64,000 nt of DNA. Origin: Gemmatimonadales bacterium. GTDB taxonomy: Bacteria; Gemmatimonadota; Gemmatimonadetes; Gemmatimonadales; GWC2-71-9. The stretch lies in the NCBI GenBank assembly GCA_041615815.1, contig JBFJCP010000015.1, positions 32,001-96,000 on the forward strand, given 5' to 3'. The position numbers were made by a program, and so were the translations under genes. The notes beneath the pieces are model-generated. The model searched no databases. It was not told where the DNA came from and saw only the letters and a program-made list of their open reading frames with translations. This document shows, in pieces, positions 39,895-49,557 of the stretch. Position 1 is the first letter of the stretch. Every line of letters begins with the position of its first letter.

Positions 39895-41049
39895 CTATGG
39901 CGGGTCGAGTTCGAACTTGAAGAGCGCGAGGATGGGATGGTGATCCGAGTAGAAGCGATCTTCGATCCGACGATAGCTACCCGGAACGAGCGTGGCCGCA
40001 GCGCCAGGTCCATGGTGGCGGCGAAACAACACATGATCGGTCGGGAAGGGACCGCGCGTGCGATCCATGAGCGGACGGGGAGAGTCAGGAAAGAACTGGA
40101 GTAGGAAGCGCAGCGCGCTCTCGTTGGTCGACCAGGTGTTGAAGTCTCCCGCCAACACCGTAGAGGTCCACTGCGTCACGCCGTTGGTCGCTGGACGGCG
40201 TTCGATACTATCGAGAACGGTGCGGATGGCCGCAGCCTGACGAAAGCGTGACGAGTTGGCAGTCGTGAGCACACGCCAGGCCTGGGGTGTGGTGATCAGG
40301 TGGGCGCTGAGGATGCGCAGTCCACTGCCTCTCGCGTCCCGCACCGTAGCGCCCACCACGACACGGCGTGCGGACTCGAACGGCAGCTCGATCACCACGA
40401 ATTCGGACAGCGGTAAGGTCGACAGAATGGCGTTTCCTTTGTCTTCTCCACTTCCGCCTCGACGCTGATGCCCGTTCCGGGCGGCCGGGACATAGAAGAG
40501 AGCCAGCCCGCACCGCCGCGCCACCTCGGTCACATCCAACCGCTGCCCTGGTCGGTCCACTTCCTCGACCGGCGGCGGGGTAATCCAACTCTCGGCAAGG
40601 GCACCGAGCTGCGGTGACCGCCGCAGCGCCTCCTGGAGGAGTAGGATGACATGGGGCCCGCTCCCTCGCCTGGCCGAAGCGGGCCCTGCGCACGTGAGAC
40701 CCAGCTCCGACTCGAGAAAGCCGACGACATCGCCGGCGCCGGCGTCAGTATTCCACACCGCGAGCGCCACCGGCTGATCGCTCTCGAGCACTCCAAATCG
40801 TGCGCTCGGCACCGAGTCGATGACTGGCGGTCCGATGACCTTGCACCATCGTTCCAAGTGCTCGTTGTCCCGGGACGTGACGGGGAAGTACCACTTGGGC
40901 ACCGCATCTTCCCCATTCTGGCTCGGGCATTGCCGGTCGAGGGGACGAGTGCCGGTCATGCCCGGAGATGGCATGCAGCCGGCAACGCCCCAGATGGTCA
41001 GCACGGCCTGGGCCAGGGTTGGTAGCCGGTACGCGCGATTAGAACGCAA
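39895..41049 (-). CDS. Endonuclease/exonuclease/phosphatase (EEP) family lipoprotein
   Basis: VAG-C lipobox; WN, LQE, GNAILS, HL, GDFN, DH, SDHHP; start uncertain (TTG 41049). Confidence 0.85.
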   Translation of the reverse strand: MRSNRAYRLPTLAQAVLTIWGVAGCMPSPGMTGTRPLDRQCPSQNGEDAVPKWYFPVTSRDNEHLERWCKVIGPPVIDSVPSARFGVLESDQPVALAVWNTDAGAGDVVGFLESELGLTCAGPASARRGSGPHVILLLQEALRRSPQLGALAESWITPPPVEEVDRPGQRLDVTEVARRCGLALFYVPAARNGHQRRGGSGEDKGNAILSTLPLSEFVVIELPFESARRVVVGATVRDARGSGLRILSAHLITTPQAWRVLTTANSSRFRQAAAIRTVLDSIERRPATNGVTQWTSTVLAGDFNTWSTNESALRFLLQFFPDSPRPLMDRTRGPFPTDHVLFRRHHGPGAAATLVPGSYRRIEDRFYSDHHPILALFKFELDPP

Positions 41050-41680
41050 GCCGATACGAGAGAAGGGTGAAGGCAGGCCCGTCCGCCGCGGATCGGGCGT
41101 CATGCGCGTCGAGGATCCATTGCGCGAGACCACCCAGCGCCATCCCCGCCGCTGCCATGCCGATCGCATCGGGCCACCCGAGATCCGTCATCCCCACGAG
41201 CACCAGTCCGAAGGCCCCACCCACTCCCAGTCCTATCCCGACCCCACGAGGGACCGCACCCACCGCACCCCCGAAGAGGGCGAGCGCACCCACATCACGG
41301 AGCCCGACGCGCTGCGTCACCTGCCCGAGTACCAAGCCTGTGAGCGCACCGATTCCGACACCGATCCCCACGTCGCGGCTCGCCCGCCAGATGCGATCCT
41401 CGTCAGCGGAGCCTAGCAGCACTCCGCTCACGGACGCGACCGCCGCCGTGGTGCCGGCGCTGATCTGAATGCAGCGCACCGCCTCGAGCCGCTGCGAACA
41501 CGGGATGATCGACCCCGTGAACCCGAGCAACAACCCGGAGTAGGCGCCCAGCACCCCCCCGACGACCGCAGCGGCAGGTGAGCCCGATGCGGACTGCGCG
41601 ACGGCGTGCTGCGCCAGGACGGCAGCGAGCATACCAAAGCATGCCGCGGCCCTGCTTCTGCACAGGATCCGCCGGCTCAT
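41039..41680 (-). CDS. Exported glycine-zipper membrane protein
   Basis: Signal peptide, GxxxG-rich helices, C-terminal YRLAF. Confidence 0.7.
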   Translation of the reverse strand: MSRRILCRSRAAACFGMLAAVLAQHAVAQSASGSPAAAVVGGVLGAYSGLLLGFTGSIIPCSQRLEAVRCIQISAGTTAAVASVSGVLLGSADEDRIWRASRDVGIGVGIGALTGLVLGQVTQRVGLRDVGALALFGGAVGAVPRGVGIGLGVGGAFGLVLVGMTDLGWPDAIGMAAAGMALGGLAQWILDAHDARSAADGPAFTLLSYRLAF

Positions 41681-43050
41681 GGGAAAAACGCCATACTCAC
41701 GCGGAACTGGGGATTGCGTTCGTGCACGTCTTCGAAGTCCCGGTAAAAGCTGTTCCGCACGAGCAACAGGTACTCCGTGGCCACGCCGACTCGGCGTACC
41801 AGCGGCGCGCGGACGCCCAGCGAAACCACGTGCACCACGTGATTGCCCGCCGCCCCGTTCAGCGTGTGGGAGTACACGCCGAGATACCCGAGTGAGAAGA
41901 TGTTTACCCCGGAGCGTTGCACCTCGGCCCGCATCCGCAGCCCCGCCCCACTGCCGAAGTCGTAATCGCGTCCCGTCGCGTCGGCAAATTCTGAGATCAC
42001 GGCCCAGATCGCCGCTCCGAACGGCTCCACCACGGTCCGAATCGCGAGATCACTCCGCAGCCGGAACAGCGATCGTAGCGTCACCCCGAAAGACTGCCCC
42101 CCCACCTCATACGTTTCGTTGTTGAAGTAATCGTAATGCTGATCCACGCCGAACACGTGCCGAACCCGAGCAGTTTCTTTCCACACCTTGCCGTAGAGTG
42201 TGCCGTCGATCTGGAGTCGTCCCACGGTGTGCGCACTACTCCCGTTGACCTGCATTGTCAGGGTGAACGCATCGAACGGATGCTCCAGATCGTAGAGGTG
42301 ATCCCCGTAGTGGACCGTCATGTCGACATAGGGTGTCGTGCGACCTGATTCCGGATCGCTGCCGTCGCCCACACTGCGAAACCCGAACGCGATGACGCTG
42401 CCAAAACGTGATGGCAGACGATCCACGGGGCTCGACCCCACACGGGTCATCTCGCCACGCCATAGCCGATTCAATCCGCCCACAGGATTGAGGAGGAGGT
42501 GTCCAAACTCACGCCATGTCCGTTCACCACCGGTCGCCTCGTTATCCACGATCGCACGCGATGTACGCCACAATGCCTCTCCCAGCGCGATGCCCCCCAT
42601 GCTCGTGTTCACCCAATCGTTGATGGCTCCCCGATTGTTTTCACCGAACATCTCCCACAGCAGGCTGCCAGCCCACGCCAGCGCAGACGACTCGAAGAAA
42701 CTGTATCCGTTCGTGCGCCCAGCGTTGAAGTACAAGTTTCCATGAAACGGGTGCATGAACATGTTGGTCTCGAAGCTATTCGGGTCCCACTCGAGCCCTT
42801 CCGCCAGGTTCCGTCGCCAGGAGCGCAAGGACAACACGGCGGTGGAATCAACGGCAACGTATCGGTTGAAATACCAAGGGATGACCTGGACAGCAATGAG
42901 CTCCGCCACCGCTGGAAGGACACGATGCTCCCCACAGCAAAACGGCAGGGAGTCTTGGGGCACGGCCTGCGCCGCCAACGCCGGGCCGTGAGCCAGCATC
43001 AGCGTACCGCCAAGTACCAGGACCTGCCGCGACGAGCGCACGCTCACCAC
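41677..43050 (-). CDS. DUF3943-like outer-membrane protein
   Basis: WDPNSFETNMFMHPFHG..YFN.GR.NG, WEMFGE, INDW; beta-strand-rich C-terminal half. Confidence 0.85.
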   Translation of the reverse strand: MVSVRSSRQVLVLGGTLMLAHGPALAAQAVPQDSLPFCCGEHRVLPAVAELIAVQVIPWYFNRYVAVDSTAVLSLRSWRRNLAEGLEWDPNSFETNMFMHPFHGNLYFNAGRTNGYSFFESSALAWAGSLLWEMFGENNRGAINDWVNTSMGGIALGEALWRTSRAIVDNEATGGERTWREFGHLLLNPVGGLNRLWRGEMTRVGSSPVDRLPSRFGSVIAFGFRSVGDGSDPESGRTTPYVDMTVHYGDHLYDLEHPFDAFTLTMQVNGSSAHTVGRLQIDGTLYGKVWKETARVRHVFGVDQHYDYFNNETYEVGGQSFGVTLRSLFRLRSDLAIRTVVEPFGAAIWAVISEFADATGRDYDFGSGAGLRMRAEVQRSGVNIFSLGYLGVYSHTLNGAAGNHVVHVVSLGVRAPLVRRVGVATEYLLLVRNSFYRDFEDVHERNPQFRVSMAFFP

Positions 43051-43827
43051 TCAGCGCCGGGGGACCGTGACAACGGCACCGAAGAACCAGCCTTGTTGTA
43101 CGCCGTTGTCCCACCGATAGGTCTTCAATCCCTCCTCCTTGTTGTCGTATTGCACCTCGCGGTACATGTACCGCATGGCCAGATCCAGGGGCGGCGCGAC
43201 CCTGAATGCAAGCGTGCCACTCAAGGTCCATGTAAAGTCTGACCCCACGGCGAAACCACCGATGTCGCCCGCAATAGCTACGAACAACCGGCGCCCGATC
43301 TTTACCGCGTACTGCGTGCCCTCCACCGGCTCGAGCCATACCTGGGTCACCGAAACGTCGCCGCCGACCTGATCGCGCAATCGCTGACCTTGCCGAACGT
43401 AGCGGGCACCGAGGTACACCGTAAAGCTGCTCTGGGGATCGTACGGACCGATCTGCAAGGTGCCGTGTGCCTCGATCGTGGTCCAAGAAAAGTCGTAACG
43501 TCCCAGCGTTCCGTCGGTTGGTTCGGTCACTGGCGCAATCGTGCCGGGGTTACCGATCGTTGCCCACGTGGCAGCTACCCGAAATCCCACCCGACGTTTC
43601 CGTGCCTCGACACGAATAGCGCCGGCCGGAGTCAGGACGGAATCCCCAACCACCGTCTGGCGCTCTCCGACGACGCTCAGTCCTCCGAGATTGGAGAGCC
43701 ACAGAGACGGCGCCACTGACCACCGCCACCCTGACTCCGCCGTTTGGGCCTGAGCCGGGGTAGCGGCCTCGAACACGACGAGGCCCGCGATCCCAACCAT
43801 CCTCATGACGCGCGCGCGCATTGCCAT
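43051..43827 (-). CDS. Outer-membrane beta-barrel protein
   Basis: Signal peptide; W...P.LW, W.EP..G, GDIGGF..GSDFTW; alternating strands. Confidence 0.75.
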   Translation of the reverse strand: MAMRARVMRMVGIAGLVVFEAATPAQAQTAESGWRWSVAPSLWLSNLGGLSVVGERQTVVGDSVLTPAGAIRVEARKRRVGFRVAATWATIGNPGTIAPVTEPTDGTLGRYDFSWTTIEAHGTLQIGPYDPQSSFTVYLGARYVRQGQRLRDQVGGDVSVTQVWLEPVEGTQYAVKIGRRLFVAIAGDIGGFAVGSDFTWTLSGTLAFRVAPPLDLAMRYMYREVQYDNKEEGLKTYRWDNGVQQGWFFGAVVTVPRR

Positions 43828-43836
43828 GACGACGTC

Positions 43837-44520
43837 CTAGAACAGTGGCAGCGAGAATCCCCCGGTGAACGACCACGAGCGATTCCTCGCGGATTCGCCG
43901 GAGGGTACCAGGTCCGGAAGCACCTGGGTCAGGCCCACCTCATGCCGCACCGCAGCGGAGAAGCGGGCGCCGCCTGGATAGCTTCGGACGAGACGAAGCC
44001 CCACCAAGATGTCCAGCTGCACGGCGGCGGTTTCCGTGGCCGGGATGGCGACGCCGCAGTCCTCCTCGAACTCGAAGGTCGCTGAATCCTTGACCTGGCA
44101 GTCCGCCGTGACCGCTGTTGCCACTCCCGCATGCGGGTTGACCATCCAGCCGCTCGCGAGCGGAACCTCCCGTCCTACGGTGACCGGGATTGCGAGGTGG
44201 GAGGACTTGAAGTCTGCGGCCACCAAGGCGTCCCTTGCGCGAACGTTCGACGCCCCTTTTTGCTGCCATACGCCCGCCGCCGCCACCGTCCAGCGTCCAA
44301 GGAAACGGTGCTCGACCTGGACGGCGAACCGCGCACCCCAGATACCAGAGGCTTCGACAAAACTCCCTGACCACGTGGCGTACGTCGGCCCTGCTTCGAG
44401 CCCGAGATACCACTGGGCCGGGGCGGGTACCGCGGTGACGACGGTCGCAGTGAAAAGACAGAGCGCAACACGGACGGCGCCCAGGGCCACGCGGCTGATG
44501 ACCAATGGGATGCCACGCAC
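43837..44520 (-). CDS. Small outer-membrane beta-barrel (porin-family) protein
   Basis: Signal ending APA-Q; GLEAG, QKGA, LAIPV; Cys pair; C-terminal Phe; start approximate. Confidence 0.7.
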   Translation of the reverse strand: MRGIPLVISRVALGAVRVALCLFTATVVTAVPAPAQWYLGLEAGPTYATWSGSFVEASGIWGARFAVQVEHRFLGRWTVAAAGVWQQKGASNVRARDALVAADFKSSHLAIPVTVGREVPLASGWMVNPHAGVATAVTADCQVKDSATFEFEEDCGVAIPATETAAVQLDILVGLRLVRSYPGGARFSAAVRHEVGLTQVLPDLVPSGESARNRSWSFTGGFSLPLF

Positions 44521-44703
44521 CTGCAGCACCAGGTGGCCGTGCCGGCCGAACCGAGCGCTTGGATGTCCGCGGTTGTCCAGGTGTCCACGCACTCGAGTCA
44601 CCCCGAACCTCAAGGTCTCTCGGTGATTTTTGAATGTGAAGATACCGAGTCCGCAACGGCCACGAACACCGCACCGCGCAAGACGCGGGTAGCGCACCAG
44701 GGA

Positions 44704-46494
44704 TCACCGTTTCCGATTCGAGCGTGTTGCCACGTCGCTCACGGGGGGGAGTGTCCGCAGCACCCCGGCGTCATACACCCGTTTCCCGGCAAGGAAGGTG
44801 GCCAGCACCCGGACCTCCAGCAACGAATCTTCCGGTACGGTCAGCGGATTGGCCGAGAGGACTTGGAGATCAGCACGCGAGCCCGCGCGAATCACAGCGG
44901 GCCGCGGGTCACCACCGCCCGCTGGGTACCGCATGGTCATGAGACGGAAAGCACGCTCGCGACCCGCCGCGCCGCTTCCCCAGGTCCCGAGGGCGTTCTG
45001 CCGAGTGAGCGCTGCATGAAAACCCAACAGTGGCGCGCCGGGCATCGTAAAATAATCAGATCCTTCGGCGAGGCGCCCGCCCATCTCGCCGAGCGTCCGC
45101 CACGCGTACACCCTGGTCGCTCCAGCAGCTCCCACTCGCCGCTCGCCGAACGACGGTATGTCCCCAGGCAACGAGTTGAAGTTGGACTGCATCGAAATGA
45201 CGATCCCCAGCCGCACCACGCGTTCGAAGTCCGCTTCTCGCGCATACGAAAAGTGCTCGATGCGCAGGCGTCGAGGGTCCAGGTGAGGATCATCCGTCAA
45301 GAGGCGTTCGTAGGCATCGAGAGTTCTCCGCACCGCTTCGTCGCCAATGGCATGCGTGGCGACGTCCAACCCGACACCCAACGCGCGCCTGGCCCACATC
45401 TCGATTTCCGCTTCCGTCATCCGAGGCACTCCCGTGACGGTTGGATCGTCCCCGTACGGATGCGTGAGCGCCGCACCCCGACTTCCCAGAGCCCCGTCCG
45501 CAAAAAGCTTGAGATGGGTGATGCGAACGCGGGGGGAAGAAGCACGCTGCACGTCCGGCGACGACGTCAGAGCCTCAGCCAGATCGCTCGGCGCTGGAAC
45601 CATCAGATTGACCGCGACGCCGAGCGGCTGCTCAAGGTCGGCGTTCGCCAAGAGCGTGAGATAGCGGCGAAAGTCGACGTTCAGAGCAACCACAGATGGA
45701 ACCGCCAGAAAGCCGGCATCGAAGACTTCGCTGACTCCCCGTGCCGCCATCGCGGCAGTGGCGAGCCGAAAGGCACGTGTGACGTCTTCATCACTTGGTG
45801 GCGGGATGTGGACGAGGACAGCTTCATTCGCTCGCTCGAGCAGGACGCCAGTGGGCTGGCCACTTTCGAAACGCAGGATGGCGCCGCCGGCGGGGTCGGT
45901 GCTTCTCTCATCGATGCCAACCATCCGCATGGCCGTGGTATTGACCCAACCGGCGTGTCCATCCGTCCGCGTGAGGAACACGGGATGATGTGGCGCGGCC
46001 CTGGAGAGGAACTCGTGCGTCGGGAGCGTCTCGGTCCCCCACGCCGCCTGGTTCCAGCCTGCCCCGAGAATCCAGGATCCCCGCGGGACGCCGCGGACCC
46101 GTTCGCGTATGCGCGTGACCAGTTCCTCGAGTGATGTGATGGAGGACAAGTCGAGGAAGAGACGTTCCCCCTCCCGCGCATTGAGCAGCGCGAAACCCAT
46201 GTTCAGGAGATGGACGTGGTGATCGACGAACGCCGGCGCAAGCACATGGCCCCCAAGATCCACGATTTCGGTTTCCGGTCCTATCCAACGATGAAGCGCA
46301 CCGGAGTCGCCGAGAGCCGCAATGCGTTCACCGAGCACGGCCACGCTCACCGCTCGTGGAGTACCCGTTCGTTCACCGGTGAGGACGGTCCCGTTCACGA
46401 GGAGGACCGTTGCGCGCTCGCCGCTCGAACGCCCGCAGGCGACGATGGCAACGATGAACACGGTCACAACGAATCCAACGCGGGCCCCTGGCAT
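44704..46494 (-). CDS. Amidohydrolase 3 (YtcJ-like) lipoprotein
   Basis: IVA-C lipobox; PAFVDHHVH, DGH, KLFADGALGSRGA, HAIGD, RIEH, GSD. Confidence 0.92.
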   Translation of the reverse strand: MPGARVGFVVTVFIVAIVACGRSSGERATVLLVNGTVLTGERTGTPRAVSVAVLGERIAALGDSGALHRWIGPETEIVDLGGHVLAPAFVDHHVHLLNMGFALLNAREGERLFLDLSSITSLEELVTRIRERVRGVPRGSWILGAGWNQAAWGTETLPTHEFLSRAAPHHPVFLTRTDGHAGWVNTTAMRMVGIDERSTDPAGGAILRFESGQPTGVLLERANEAVLVHIPPPSDEDVTRAFRLATAAMAARGVSEVFDAGFLAVPSVVALNVDFRRYLTLLANADLEQPLGVAVNLMVPAPSDLAEALTSSPDVQRASSPRVRITHLKLFADGALGSRGAALTHPYGDDPTVTGVPRMTEAEIEMWARRALGVGLDVATHAIGDEAVRRTLDAYERLLTDDPHLDPRRLRIEHFSYAREADFERVVRLGIVISMQSNFNSLPGDIPSFGERRVGAAGATRVYAWRTLGEMGGRLAEGSDYFTMPGAPLLGFHAALTRQNALGTWGSGAAGRERAFRLMTMRYPAGGGDPRPAVIRAGSRADLQVLSANPLTVPEDSLLEVRVLATFLAGKRVYDAGVLRTLPPVSDVATRSNRKR

Positions 46495-46642
46495 GAAGTG
46501 CTCCTCTGGGCGTGATGTCTAGAACCTTACCGCCCCACGCCGCGCCGGCTAGCTTCCCTTTCTCATCGTACCGATCGGTAGGAGCGTCATACATGAATGA
46601 CCACCAGCGGTGTTGGTTGCGTCCAGGTCAAGGCCGCAAATC

Positions 46643-48838
46643 GTGAGGCGTTGCCGCTTGCCCACGATTCTCGCGGCGTCCCTCCTCTGCGCCGGCGCAC
46701 ACCTCCTGCCTGCCCAGGGCGTCCGTGACGCCAAGACCCTCATCGGGTTCTCGGCCCGAGCCGCCGAAGCACAACGTCGGGTCGAACATCGTCTCGCCAC
46801 CCTCTTGAACAACGACTCGACCGGTCGGCATTTCCGGTATCTCACCGAAGAGCCGCACGTGGCCGGGTCGGTCAGGAACAAGCAGCTGGCCGATTACATA
46901 GTCCAGCGATTTCGTGAGTACGGATTGGAAGACGTGCGCCTGCACCGGTATGACGTCCTCCTACCGTTCCCGGAATCGGTGAGCGTCACGATGCTCGAGC
47001 CGCACCGGTTCGAGCCATCGCTCAAGGAGGACGGAGTTCCAGGAGACAAGGACACGTGGGCCGACGTCGGGCTCACGTACTTGGGAATGTCCGCCTCGGG
47101 GGACGTCACGGGCGATCTCATCTACGCCAACAGCGGCAACCCGGAAGACTACGATTGGCTCGAGGCACACGGCGTTGACGTGACGGGCAAGATCGCGCTC
47201 GTCCGATACTCGGTTCCTTACTCCTATCGTGGGTACAAGGCGCTCACCGCCGAGCGTCGAGGCCTGGCCGCCATGCTGATCTACTCCGATCCCCACGACG
47301 ACGGGTATCGCAAGGGGCTCACGTATCCAGACGGACCGTGGGGACCGGCGAGTCACATTCAACGAGGAGCGATCACGTACGATTTCTTCGTTCCGGGGGA
47401 TCCGTTGACGCCGGGCTGGGCGTCCGTAGACGGAGCCCCCCGCATCCCAGAGGCGAAAGCGCGCTCCGTGCCGCGCATTGTCGCTGTGCCCATGTCCTAC
47501 CGCGATGCCGCACCACTCCTCGAAGAGCTGGGAGGCCCCGTGGCGCCCCCCGCGTGGCAGGGTGGCCTTCCGTTCACCTACCGTGTGGGTCCGGGCGCCA
47601 CGAAAGTCCGGGTCACCGTACAAATGGATGGCAGAACCCGACCGATCTGGGTCGTTGAGGGCCGGATCCGCGGCTCGGAGGCGCCGGACCAGATGGTCGT
47701 ATTGGGCAACCATCGCGACGCATGGGTGTACGGCGGCGTGGATCCCAGTAGCGGCACGGCTACGCAACTGGAGCTGGCACGGGCCTTGGGAACCTTGGTC
47801 CGGGAGGGTCACCGTCCCCGCCGCACCATCATCCTCGCGAGTTGGGACGCCGAGGAGTGGCACCTGACCGGCTCGACGGAGTGGGGCGAGCAGTTTGCCG
47901 AGGAACTCCAGCGCCACGCGATCGCCTATCTCAACGTCGACGGCTCGACGAGCGGTGCCGAGTTCGAAGCAGGCGCCGTCGCTAGTCTCAACCCACTCGT
48001 GGTGGAGACCGTGCGAGATGTCATCGATCCCAACGGACGTGGGAGCGTGCTGGATGCATGGATCGAGCGTCGCGCTCAGGCAGGCGCCGAGTCGGTGATC
48101 GGAGGTGGCGGCACCGGGAGCAGGGGGGACGATCTTGACGAGCTCGATCTCGTGGACAACCAACTCGGGAGCGGATCCGACTACACCGTGTTCCTCAATC
48201 ATCTCGGCGTGCCGATTGTCGGCATGAGCTTCGATGGGCCCTACGGCGTGTACCACTCTCAGTACGACAACTACACCTGGATGACGAAGTTCGGAGATCC
48301 GGGTTTCCGCTACATGACGACGATGGGCGAGATCTGGGGCCGCATGGCGCTACGACTCGCCAATGCCGACATCCTGCCGTTCGACTACGCAGGCTACGCT
48401 GCGCGAGTCGGAACGTTCCTCGACACGTTGGCCGCCCAGCCCGGCGTCACCGAGCGGCTCGATCTCGGCCCCGTGCGAGCGGCGCACCGTCATTGGACCG
48501 AGCACGCCGCCAAGTTGCAGCAAAGGATGATGGCGGCCCTTCGTTCGCCACCGCAGGCGCGAAGCCGTGTCCGACTCAATGAAGCCATGCTCGCGGTTGA
48601 GCGGAGCATGTTGTTGGAAGAGGGAATACCGGGCCGGCCGTGGTTCAAGCACGTATTGTACGCCCCGCGGTACACGTACGCCGCCATGGAGCTGCCGGGC
48701 GTCCAGGAGGCTGTGGACGCGGGTGACTGGCCACGGGCCCGCGAGCAGCTGTCCCGGCTGACCGAGCGTCTGCGTGCCGTGGGAGACGCCGTGGGACGGG
48801 CAGCCGACGCTGGACCAGCGGCGTCCGAGGGACGCTAG
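46643..48838 (+). CDS. M28 glutamate carboxypeptidase II-like peptidase (PA and TfR-dimerisation domains)
   Basis: GNHRDAW, DPSSG, WDAEE, YLNVD, GSGSD, YHSQYD, RPWFKH; start 46643 (GTG) or 46610. Confidence 0.93.
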   Translation: MRRCRLPTILAASLLCAGAHLLPAQGVRDAKTLIGFSARAAEAQRRVEHRLATLLNNDSTGRHFRYLTEEPHVAGSVRNKQLADYIVQRFREYGLEDVRLHRYDVLLPFPESVSVTMLEPHRFEPSLKEDGVPGDKDTWADVGLTYLGMSASGDVTGDLIYANSGNPEDYDWLEAHGVDVTGKIALVRYSVPYSYRGYKALTAERRGLAAMLIYSDPHDDGYRKGLTYPDGPWGPASHIQRGAITYDFFVPGDPLTPGWASVDGAPRIPEAKARSVPRIVAVPMSYRDAAPLLEELGGPVAPPAWQGGLPFTYRVGPGATKVRVTVQMDGRTRPIWVVEGRIRGSEAPDQMVVLGNHRDAWVYGGVDPSSGTATQLELARALGTLVREGHRPRRTIILASWDAEEWHLTGSTEWGEQFAEELQRHAIAYLNVDGSTSGAEFEAGAVASLNPLVVETVRDVIDPNGRGSVLDAWIERRAQAGAESVIGGGGTGSRGDDLDELDLVDNQLGSGSDYTVFLNHLGVPIVGMSFDGPYGVYHSQYDNYTWMTKFGDPGFRYMTTMGEIWGRMALRLANADILPFDYAGYAARVGTFLDTLAAQPGVTERLDLGPVRAAHRHWTEHAAKLQQRMMAALRSPPQARSRVRLNEAMLAVERSMLLEEGIPGRPWFKHVLYAPRYTYAAMELPGVQEAVDAGDWPRAREQLSRLTERLRAVGDAVGRAADAGPAASEGR

Positions 48839-48902
48839 CCGCGAGGACGGCCCGCTTCGACCCCAAAGGGGCATTATGATTCGGTTTCCACGAGGTACGC
48901 TG

Positions 48903-49469
48903 GTGAAGAAGCTCTTCTATCCAGTTCTCGCCGTCACGTTGTCTGGTTTGATGCTGCACCCCACCTCGTCGCTTTCGGCGCAGAGTGAGCGGCTCGTGGT
49001 CCTCGTTCGTCACGCCGAGGCCGGCGGCGAGCCGGAGAACGATCCCCCCCTGACCGACCGGGGGCTGGCTCGGGCAGCAGCGCTGGCGCAGGCGCTCGAG
49101 GATGCGGCGATCGCGGCGGTAGTCGTGAGCCCCCTGGCCAGGACACGACTCACGGCTGAGCCACTCTCGGAGCGCTTGGGGCACGCGCCCATCGTCGCCG
49201 GGATCGGCGGCGGCCTCGAAGAGCACGTGGCGGCTGTCGCACAGGCCGTGCACGAGCAAACCGACGGCGCAGCCGTTCTCGTGGTTGGGCACAGCAATAC
49301 CATCCCACGGATCATCGCAGCGCTCGGCGGGCCCGAGCTCCGCGATCTCTGTCACTGGGAGTTTTCACGGTTGTTCGTCTTGGTGGTGGGTGGCAAACGG
49401 TCCGGGCGTCTCGTCACGGCATCCTACGGAGAGCCGGACGAGGCACGAGACGACGGGTGTCCCGAATGA
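48903..49469 (+). CDS. Exported histidine phosphatase (phosphoglycerate mutase/SixA-like)
   Basis: Signal peptide; LVRHAE, SPLARTRLTA, VVGHSNT. Confidence 0.88.
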   Translation: MKKLFYPVLAVTLSGLMLHPTSSLSAQSERLVVLVRHAEAGGEPENDPPLTDRGLARAAALAQALEDAAIAAVVVSPLARTRLTAEPLSERLGHAPIVAGIGGGLEEHVAAVAQAVHEQTDGAAVLVVGHSNTIPRIIAALGGPELRDLCHWEFSRLFVLVVGGKRSGRLVTASYGEPDEARDDGCPE

Positions 49470-49557
49470 GCGCGTTCATCGAATCTCAGAACGCCATAAG
49501 AGAAAACGCCGGTGCGGCTCGGGGCCGCACCGGCGTTTGCATCTCAAGGCTCGAAGC

